This document shows, piece by piece, positions 56,476-64,000 of a DNA stretch of 64,000 nucleotides. Positions within the stretch are counted from its first letter, which is position 1; each line of letters opens with the position of its first letter. A program made the translations under genes and the position numbers. Source of the stretch: Anaeromyxobacter sp. (GTDB taxonomy: Bacteria; Myxococcota; Myxococcia; Myxococcales; Anaeromyxobacteraceae); the NCBI GenBank assembly GCA_049840735.1, contig JASGJN010000017.1, positions 224,001 through 288,000 of the forward strand. The letters run 5' to 3'. The notes below the pieces were generated by a model that did no database searches, was not told the origin of the DNA, and worked only from the letters and a program-made list of their open reading frames with translations.

Positions 56476-56526
56476 ACGGGGCGCCACCTGGCGTCCCGGC
56501 CGCGCCCGGTTACAATCGAAGCCTCG

Positions 56527-57297
56527 ATGTGCCGCCTCTTCGGCCAGCACGCCCACGCCGGCTTCGACGCCACCGAGCCGCTCTGCACGGCGGAGAACGC
56601 GCTCCGGTTCCAGTCGCACAAGCACCCGCACGGCTGGGGGATCGGCTGGTACGTCGGCGGCGCGCCGCACGTCCGGCGCGGCATCCTCCCCGCCCACGCC
56701 GACGACGCCTTCGCCGAGGCCGGGCGCGCCCTCCGCTCCACGGTGGTGCTGGCCCACGTGCGCGAGGCCAGCGTCGGCCCGGTGCTGCACGAGAACACCC
56801 ACCCCTTCTCCCACGACCGCTGGCTCTTCGCGCACAACGGCACCGTGGCCCGCTTCAAGGATCACCCCGAGGTCCGCGCCGCCATCCAGGCCGAGATCGA
56901 CCCCGACCTCCGCCTCTCCATCCGCGGCGACACCGACAGCGAGCGCTGCTTCTTCCTCTTCCTCACCCGGCTGCGCGCCCACGCCAGCCTCGCCGCCGCC
57001 ACGCTTGCCGACGTCCGGCGGGCGCTGCGCGAGACCACCGCGGCGGTGCTGGGGATCGCCGATGCGGTCCCGGTGCCCAAGCCGTCGTCGCTCAACTTCC
57101 TGGTCTCCGACGGCCGGCTGCTGGCCGCCTGCCGCCGCGGGCGGACGCTCCACGCCGCCGCCGACACCGGCCCGCGCCACGCGTTCGTGGTGGCCAGCGA
57201 GCGCATCGGCCGGGCCGGCTGGGGCGAGGTGCCGGAGGGCGGCTTCGTCGGCACCGAGGACGGGACGCGCATCGTGGAGGACCTGCTGGAGGCCTGA
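56527..57297 (+). CDS. Class II glutamine amidotransferase (YafJ/EgtC-like)
   Basis: MCRLFG, HGWG, AHVR, NTHPF, FAHNG, GDTDSE. Confidence 0.9.
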   Translation: MCRLFGQHAHAGFDATEPLCTAENALRFQSHKHPHGWGIGWYVGGAPHVRRGILPAHADDAFAEAGRALRSTVVLAHVREASVGPVLHENTHPFSHDRWLFAHNGTVARFKDHPEVRAAIQAEIDPDLRLSIRGDTDSERCFFLFLTRLRAHASLAAATLADVRRALRETTAAVLGIADAVPVPKPSSLNFLVSDGRLLAACRRGRTLHAAADTGPRHAFVVASERIGRAGWGEVPEGGFVGTEDGTRIVEDLLEA

Positions 57298-57316
57298 GAC
57301 CGGCCTGGCCCGCGGG

Positions 57317-57796
57317 TCACCGCCCCAGCAGCGCCCGCGCCAGCGCCGCGTGGCGCTCGCCCGTCCCCTCGACCGCCAGGTGCCGGACCGACGGCTTCAC
57401 GGGATCGTGCTCCAGCCTGAGCGTCAGCCGCTCCACCGGCAACGCCCCGGGCGCGCGATCGGCCCACTCCACCAGCGCCGCGCCGTCGCCGCCCACCAGG
57501 TCGTCGAACCCGGTGGCGTAGAGCTCGTCCTCGTCGCCGATGCGGTACAGGTCGGCGTGGTGGACGGGCAGCCGCCCGCCGTAGGTCGCCACGATGGCGA
57601 AGGTCGGGCTGGAGACCTCCGCCGCGGGCACCTCCGCCCCGGCGCAGATTCCCCGCACCAGCTCGGTCTTGCCCGCGCCCAGGTCGCCCACCAGCGCCAC
57701 CACGTCGCCGGGGCGGAGCAGCGCGCCCAGCCGCCGGCCCAGCGCGCGGGTGGCCGCGGCCGACCGCGTGGTCCGGCGCCCCTCGACCCGCTCCAT
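57317..57796 (-). CDS. tsaE: tRNA t6A biosynthesis ATPase
   Basis: GDLGAGKT, SSPTF, HADLYR, VEW. Confidence 0.93.
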   Translation of the reverse strand: MERVEGRRTTRSAAATRALGRRLGALLRPGDVVALVGDLGAGKTELVRGICAGAEVPAAEVSSPTFAIVATYGGRLPVHHADLYRIGDEDELYATGFDDLVGGDGAALVEWADRAPGALPVERLTLRLEHDPVKPSVRHLAVEGTGERHAALARALLGR

Positions 57797-59343
57797 CAGC
57801 GGCCCCACTCCGCCCAGACCTCGCCGATGGCCTGGCCCAGGTCGCCGGCCACCAGGCCGCGCTGCCCCAACCGCGCCGCCACCAGGTCGCCGGCGCGGCC
57901 ATGCACCCAGGCCGCCACCCGCGCAGCCGCCGGCGCCTCCAGGCCGCTCGCCAGCAGCGCGCCGCACAGCCCGGCCAGCACGTCGCCGGTGCCGCCGGTG
58001 GCCAGCCCGGGGTTGCCGGTGGGGATCACCGCGGCCGGGCCGGTCGCGCCGGCCACCACGGTCCGCGCGCCCTTCAGGACCACGGTCACGCCCCAGGCGC
58101 GCGCCTTGGCGACCGCCAGGCCGATGCGGTCGGCCTCCACGCCCGCCACGTCGGTCTGGCAGAGCCGCGCCATCTCGCCGGGGTGCGGGGTGACCACCAC
58201 CGGCGGCCCCAGCCAGACCGCGCCGGACGGGTGCTCGGCCAGCGCGTTGAGCGCGTCGGCGTCCAGTACCGCGGGGATGCCGGCGCGCGCCAGCAGCTCG
58301 CGCAGCACCGCGCCGGTGGCCGGGCCGCGCGGGATGCCCGGGCCGATGACCAGCGCGTCCTGGCCGCGCGCCGCGGCCAGCAGCGCCGCCAGGTCGGGCG
58401 GGCCGATGGGCCCCTGCCCCTCCAGCGCCACGCTCATGGCCTCCGGCCGGCCGGCCAGCGCCAGCGGCAGCACCTCCGGCCGCGCCGCCAGCGTCACGAG
58501 CCCGGCGCCGCCGCGCAGCGCGCCGGTGAGCGCCAGGTGGGCCGCGCCGGTCTTGCCGGGCGAGCCGGCCACCACCAGCAGCCGCCCCGCGTCCCCCTTG
58601 TGCGCGTCCGGCCGGCGCGGCGGCACCAGCGCCCGCGCCAGCTCGGCGGTGAGCAGCTCGGCCTCCACCGCCACCACCGCCGCGGCCGCCGGCGGGATGC
58701 CGATGTCGGCCACGCTCACCTCGCCGGCCAGCGCCGCGCCGGGCTGGATCACCAGGCCGCGCTTCTGGAAGGCGAAGGTGACCGTACGGTCGGCCTGCAC
58801 GCAGCGCCCCATGGGCCGGCCGGTGTCGGCGGAGAGCCCGGAGGGCACGTCCACCGCCAGCACCTTCGCGCCGGAGCGACGGGCGCCGTCGATGGCGGCG
58901 ATGGCCCGCTCGAAGAGCCCCTCCGGCGCGCGCGACAGGCCGGTGCCGAAGATGGCGTCCACCACCACGTCGCCCGGCGCCGCGCCCAGCGCCAGCGGGG
59001 AGGGCTCCTCCGGCGCCGCCGCCGCGTCCTCCACCGGAACCCCGGACGCGACCGCCTGGGACCGGACCACGCCGGCGTCGCCCGTCAGCCGCTCGGCCGG
59101 GACCAGCGCCAGCACCGCCACGTCCCGCCCGGACTGGCGCAGCAGGCGGGCCGCGACGTAGCCGTCCCCGCCGTTGTTGCCGCCGCCGCAGACCACGCGG
59201 ATCCGGCCGTCCGGACCGGCCAGCGCCGCCGCCGCCGCGGCCACCGCCCCGCCCGCCCGCTCCATCAGGACCAGCGAGGGGATCCCGCCGGCGATGGCGG
59301 CCCGGTCGATGGCCCGCATGTCCGCAGCACCCACCAGCCTCAT
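57796..59343 (-). CDS. nnr: Bifunctional NAD(P)HX epimerase/dehydratase
   Basis: LMERAG, GNNGGDG, DVPSG, HKGDAG, DADAL, TPHPGE, GGTGDVL. Confidence 0.94.
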   Translation of the reverse strand: MRLVGAADMRAIDRAAIAGGIPSLVLMERAGGAVAAAAAALAGPDGRIRVVCGGGNNGGDGYVAARLLRQSGRDVAVLALVPAERLTGDAGVVRSQAVASGVPVEDAAAAPEEPSPLALGAAPGDVVVDAIFGTGLSRAPEGLFERAIAAIDGARRSGAKVLAVDVPSGLSADTGRPMGRCVQADRTVTFAFQKRGLVIQPGAALAGEVSVADIGIPPAAAAVVAVEAELLTAELARALVPPRRPDAHKGDAGRLLVVAGSPGKTGAAHLALTGALRGGAGLVTLAARPEVLPLALAGRPEAMSVALEGQGPIGPPDLAALLAAARGQDALVIGPGIPRGPATGAVLRELLARAGIPAVLDADALNALAEHPSGAVWLGPPVVVTPHPGEMARLCQTDVAGVEADRIGLAVAKARAWGVTVVLKGARTVVAGATGPAAVIPTGNPGLATGGTGDVLAGLCGALLASGLEAPAAARVAAWVHGRAGDLVAARLGQRGLVAGDLGQAIGEVWAEWGR

Positions 59344-59407
59344 GGCTCCCTCCGTCGGCGCGAGGCGGCTGGCCGTCAGGCGACCGCGCGGGCCGCCCGG
59401 CCGCGCC

Positions 59408-60139
59408 TCACGGCCGCGCCTGGCGCAGCAGCTCCTTCATCTCGCGGACGGCGCGCTCGAACCCCACCAGCACGGCGCGGCCCACGATGGCGTGGCCGAT
59501 GTTCAGCTCCTCCATCTCCGGGATGGCGGCCACCGGCAGCACGTTCTGGTAGTTGAGCCCGTGGCCGCCCGCGACCGTCAGGCCCAGCTTCGCCGCCGCC
59601 TTGCAGGCGTCCACCAGCCGCCCCAGCTCGCGCCGGCGGTCGCTGGCCAGGCGCGCGTCGCAGTAGCGGCCGGTGTGGAACTCCACCGTGCCCGCCTCGG
59701 CGCGGTGCGCCGCCTTCACCTGGTCGAGGTCCGGGTCGATGAAGAGCGAGACGTCGATCTCGGCGTCGCGCAGCGTCTTGACCGCCTTGCGCACCGCCTC
59801 GCGCCCGCCCACCACGTCCAGGCCGCCCTCGGTGGTCAGCTCCTCGCGCCGCTCCGGCACCAGGGTGACCATGTCCGGCTTGGCCTCGTAGGCGATCCGG
59901 ACCATCTCCTGGGTGGCCGCCATCTCGAGGTTGAGCCGCGTGGTGACGGTCTTGCGCATCACCTGCAGGTCGCGGTCCTGGATGTGCCGGCGATCCTCGC
60001 GCAGGTGGATGGTGATCTGGTCGGCGCCGGCCATCTCGGCCAGCATGGCGGCCGCGACCGGGTCCGGGTACACGGTGCGCCGCGACTGGCGCAGCGTGGC
60101 CACGTGATCGACGTTCACTCCGAGGCGTGAAGGAGGCAT
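59408..60139 (-). CDS. pdxJ: Pyridoxine 5'-phosphate synthase
   Basis: [34 protein letters not shown]. Confidence 0.97.
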   Translation of the reverse strand: MPPSRLGVNVDHVATLRQSRRTVYPDPVAAAMLAEMAGADQITIHLREDRRHIQDRDLQVMRKTVTTRLNLEMAATQEMVRIAYEAKPDMVTLVPERREELTTEGGLDVVGGREAVRKAVKTLRDAEIDVSLFIDPDLDQVKAAHRAEAGTVEFHTGRYCDARLASDRRRELGRLVDACKAAAKLGLTVAGGHGLNYQNVLPVAAIPEMEELNIGHAIVGRAVLVGFERAVREMKELLRQARP

Positions 60140-60199
60140 GTCCGGGAGAATCTAACCCGGATCGGCCCGCGCGGCGCCGGAAAGAGGGTGCGCGGCCGC

Positions 60200-61671
60200 C
60201 TACGCCAGCGCCTTCCGCAGCGCCTCGGCAATCTCGCCGGCGTGCGCCCGGATCCGCTTGTCGTCCGGCCCTTCCACCAGCACCCGGACCTTGTTCTCCG
60301 TCCCGGAGAAGCGGACCAGCACCCGCCCCTCCTTGCCCAGCGCCTTCTCGGCGGCCCCGATGGCCTTGCCCACCGCGGGGAGCTCGGCGATGGGGCGCTT
60401 CTGCTTCACGTCCACGTTGATCAGCGCCTGCGGGAAGGCGTCGAAGCAGCGGGCCAGCTCGGAGAGCGGGCGCCCCGTCCGCCGCATCACCGCCAGCACG
60501 TTGAGCGCCGCCGCCGCCCCGTCGCCGGTGGTGACGTGATCCAGGAAGATCAGGTGGCCGGACTGCTCGCCGCCGAAGTTGTAGCCATTGCGGCGCATCT
60601 CCTCGACCACGTACCGGTCGCCCACGGCGGTCCGGACCACCTTGCCCCCCTGGCTCGCCAGCGCCTTCTCCAGCCCCAGGTTGGACATCACGGTGGCCAC
60701 CACCGTCTTCTTGTTGAGCGCCTTGCGCCGCAGCATGTCGCCGCCCACCAGCGCCATGATGGCGTCGCCGTCCACGATGCGGCCGGTCTCGTCGGCCAGG
60801 ATCACCCGGTCGGCGTCGCCGTCCAGCGCCAGCCCCAGGTGCGCGCCGTGCTTCTTGATGGCCTTGGCCATGGCCTCGGGGTGGACCGCGCCGCAGCCGT
60901 CGTTGATGTTGGTGCCGTCGGGCTTCACGCCATGGGCACCACCTTGGCGCCCAGCTCCTCGAAGACCGCCGGGGCGACGTGGTAGGCGGCGCCGTGGGCG
61001 CAGTCCACCACCACCGTGAGCCCATCCAGCGTGAGCTCGCGCGGGAAGAGGCTCTTCAGGAACTGGGCGTAGCGGCCGATGGCGTCGTCGATGCGCTTGG
61101 CCTTGCCGATGCGCGTGGCGGTGGGGCGCAGCGCGCGGAAGTCCTCGGCCCCGGCGTCGTCCTCCGCGCCGCCCAGCACCAGCCGCTCGATCTGGGCCTC
61201 GACGTCGTCCGGCAGCTTGAAGCCGTCGCGCGAGAAGAACTTGATGCCGTTGTCCTGGTACGGGTTGTGGCTGGCGCTGATCACGACGCCGGCGTCGGCC
61301 CGCATGGACTCGGTCACGAAGGCGATGCCCGGCGTGGGCAGCGGCCCGCAGAGCATCACGTCGACGCCCATGGAGCAGATGCCCGAGGCGATGGCCTGCT
61401 CGAGCATGTAGCCGGAGAGCCGCGTGTCCTTGCCGATGACGATGCGGTGGCGGTGCGGGCCGTTGCGCATCAGGTAGGCCAGCGCGCGCCCAAGCTGCAG
61501 CGCCATCTCGGCGGTCATGGGGTGGACGTTGGCCACGCCGCGCACGCCGTCGGTGCCGAAGAGACGCCGCGCCGGCGCGGCCGCCGGGGGCGCCACCGCG
61601 GTGTTTCGGGCGGCGGCGGGGCGGGCGGCCCCGTTCATGTGGTCCTGGCCCCTGGTCGCGCGGCTGGTCAT
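60200..61671 (-). CDS. glmM: Phosphoglucosamine mutase (apparent deletion at ~60930)
   Basis: [33 protein letters not shown]. Confidence 0.94.
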
Positions 61672-62066
61672 GGCTGCTCCCCCTGCTCTGGCTGTGAAGG
61701 CGTCCCGGAAGGACGGGCGGTGGCGCGGAGCTCGAGGGTCCCCTGCGCCGGGTGGATCGAGTCGATCCGGAGGCCGTGCGGGACGCTGAGCTTCTCGGCC
61801 AGAACGTACCACGTGGCGGTCCCGCGCGCCCCGGGTGAGAGGGCCACCTCGGCCGTCCCGAGCGCCGCGGCGTCGAGCCGGCGCAGCCGGGCCCAGGGGC
61901 CGGAGACGGTCACGTTCACCACCGACGGCAGCCGGCCGGCCGACGCTCCGGCGGCCAGCGGCACCTGGTAGGTCAGGGTGGTCCGCTTCTCGCCGTGGAC
62001 CACCACCACCAGCGCCACCGCCGCGGCCAGGGAGATGGCGCGCAGGGCCAGGTCAGACCGCGGCAT
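61668..62066 (-). CDS. CdaR/YbbR-like protein
   Basis: N-terminal [10 protein letters not shown]; lies between cdaA and glmM. Confidence 0.65.
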   Translation of the reverse strand: MPRSDLALRAISLAAAVALVVVVHGEKRTTLTYQVPLAAGASAGRLPSVVNVTVSGPWARLRRLDAAALGTAEVALSPGARGTATWYVLAEKLSVPHGLRIDSIHPAQGTLELRATARPSGTPSQPEQGEQP

Positions 62067-62896
62067 GGGGCTCCTCCCGGGGAGGCGCGGCCGGCGCCGC
62101 CGTGCCCGGACGGCCCAGCGCCCCGCGCAGCAGCGCGCGCAGCGCGGCCGGATCCAGGTGCCGGTGCAGCTCCCCGTCCAGCGCCACGCTGAATCTCGCC
62201 GCGCTCCTCCGACACCACCACCACCGCGGCGTCCAGCTCCTCGCACAGCCCCAGCGCGGCGCGGTGGCGGGTGCCCAGGCCGTGCGGCACGGCCGACGAG
62301 AGCGGCAGCACGCAGCCGGCCGCCCGCACCCGCCCGGCCCGCACCACCGCCGCGCCGTCGTGCAGCGGCCCCTGGGGCTGGAACAGCGCCAGCAAGAGCT
62401 CGGGGCTCAGCGCCGCGTCCAGGCGCAGCCCGGACTCGACCACCTCGGTGAGGTCGGCGGTGCGCTCGATCACCACCAGCGCCCCGTGGTGGCGCGCGGC
62501 CAGCGCCGAGGCGGCCTGCACCACCGGCTCGACCTGCCCCAGGATGGCCGCCCGGTCGTCGCGCGCCAGCAGCGCCAGCAGCCGCGAGCTGCGCCCCAGC
62601 TCGGCCAGGGCGCGGCGGATGTCGGCCTGGAACAGCACGATCACGCCGAAGAAGAAGGAGTAGGTCAGGAAGTGGCCGAGCAGCCAGGTGAGGGTCTCGA
62701 GCCCGGCCCACTGCGCGCCCAGGTAGCCCACCCCGACCAGCAAGAGCCCCAGCAGCACCGCCACCGCGCGGGTGCCGCGGATGAGGCGGAGCACGCGGTA
62801 GCAGAGGAAGCCCACCAGCGCCACGTCCAGCAGCGCCAGGAACGCGTCGCCGGGCGAGGTGTCCGGACCGAGCAGGTAGACGAGGACGCGATGCAC
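62053..62896 (-). CDS. cdaA: Diadenylate cyclase CdaA (apparent insertion at ~62193)
   Basis: 3 TM helices, LHDGA, GTRHRAA, VSEERG; corrected GEISVA. Confidence 0.9.
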
Positions 62897-62914
62897 GCCG
62901 AGGCCCTTCGCAGT

Positions 62915-63766
62915 CTAGGGCGCGCCGCGCCCGGTGGCCGCGTCCCGGATCGCGGCGGCGACCCGGGCGGCCTGCCGCGCGGGACCCACGTCGTGGACGC
63001 GGAGCACCTCTACACCCGCCAGCACGCAGGCCGCCACTGCCGCGAGCGTGCCGGGCAGCCGATCCTCCACGGGTGCGCCCGTGAGCGCGCCGATGAAGCT
63101 CTTGCGCGACGGGCCGACCAGCAGCGGGCAACCCGGTGCGCGCAGGGCGTCGAGGTGGGCCAGCAGCGCCACGCTCTGGGCCGGGGTCTTGGCGAAGCCG
63201 ATGCCCGGATCGAGGATCACCCGATCCACCGGGATCCCGGCCGAGACCGCGCGCGCCACCACGCCGGCCAGCTCGGCCGCCACCTCCCCCACCACGTCGC
63301 CGTAGACGGCCCGCTGCGCCATCTCGGCCGGCGTCCCGCGGGTGTGCATCAGGACGGCCGGCGCTCCCGCGTCGGCGATCACCTCCGCCAGGGCCAGGTC
63401 GGCCAGCCCGCTGACGTCGTTCACCAGGTCGGCGCCGGCCGCCAGCGCCGCCCGCGCCACCGCCGGCTTGGTGGTGTCCACCGAGATGGGCGCGGTGAAG
63501 CCGGTGGCGCGCAGCCGCTCGACCACCGGCACCACGCGGCGCAGCTCCTCCTCCACCGGCACCGGCGCCGAGCCCGGGCGCGTGGACTCGCCGCCCAGGT
63601 CGACCAGGTCGGCCCCCTCCTCCACCAGCCGGCGGGCGTGGTCCGCCGCCGCCTCGGTGGCCAGGAAGCGGCCGCCGTCGGAGAAGGAGTCCGGCGTCGC
63701 GTTCACGACGCCCATGAGGAAGGGGCCAGGCCCCTCGAAGAGCCTGGCCCCGATCCGGAGACGCAT
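62915..63766 (-). CDS. folP: Dihydropteroate synthase
   Basis: NATPDSFSDGG, GGESTRPG, DPGIGF, SRKSF, RVHDV. Confidence 0.96.
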   Translation of the reverse strand: MRLRIGARLFEGPGPFLMGVVNATPDSFSDGGRFLATEAAADHARRLVEEGADLVDLGGESTRPGSAPVPVEEELRRVVPVVERLRATGFTAPISVDTTKPAVARAALAAGADLVNDVSGLADLALAEVIADAGAPAVLMHTRGTPAEMAQRAVYGDVVGEVAAELAGVVARAVSAGIPVDRVILDPGIGFAKTPAQSVALLAHLDALRAPGCPLLVGPSRKSFIGALTGAPVEDRLPGTLAAVAACVLAGVEVLRVHDVGPARQAARVAAAIRDAATGRGAP

Positions 63767-63769
63767 CGA

Positions 63770-64000
63770 TCAGGCCTTGCTGGTCGCCGGCAGGCCGCCG
63801 ACGGCGTCGAGCAGGCCACCGCGCTTGTTCTTCTCCGGCGCGCTCGGCGCGACCGGCTTGGGCGGCGGCGGGCGGTTGAGCGTCCCGCCGGACATGAGCA
63901 GGTCGATGTCGGCCGCGTCGAGGGTCTCGTACTCGATGAGCGCCTCGGCGATCTTCTCCAGCAGGGGCCGGTGCTCGATCAGCACCTGCTTGGCGCGATC
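63770..64000 (-). CDS. ftsH: FtsH C-terminal fragment (gene runs off the window)
   Basis: LEKIAEALIEYETLD; conserved position upstream of folP. Confidence 0.8.
   Translation of the reverse strand, partial: DRAKQVLIEHRPLLEKIAEALIEYETLDAADIDLLMSGGTLNRPPPPKPVAPSAPEKNKRGGLLDAVGGLPATSKA

Overview
High-GC window whose gene content points to an Anaeromyxobacter-like myxobacterium (TIGR02266/PilZ-Hsp70, GYF_2/AgmX-type and DUF4215 repeat proteins). Most of it is core genome: clpX, truA, ino1, tRNA-Leu(GAG), secG-tpiA-pgk, argS, sppA, rpsA, ispH, cmk, hisC, accA, miaA, psd, hutUI, tsaE-nnr-pdxJ-glmM-cdaR-cdaA-folP-ftsH. All family calls come from motif recognition by eye; no searches were run. Five things stand out. 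(1) A sulfur-relay cluster (DsrE-like, ThiF, TusA, ThiF, divergent APS kinase, LarE) whose two ThiF/MoeB proteins carry complementary halves of the E1 active site, the same division as in eukaryotic heterodimeric E1s. (2) 14 apparent frameshifts, many in essential genes; 11 fall at or next to GATC, suggesting a DNA modification imprinted as long-read errors. (3) An island of tandem Ig-repeat/Cys-rich lipoproteins with an identical stalk, divergent heads and repeated hairpin/operator elements. (4) A BIME/REPIN-like palindromic array plus two solo copies. (5) An ECF sigma/anti-sigma/TPR-barrel module with a divergent Cys-rich lipoprotein. No CRISPR array, integrase or transposase was found.
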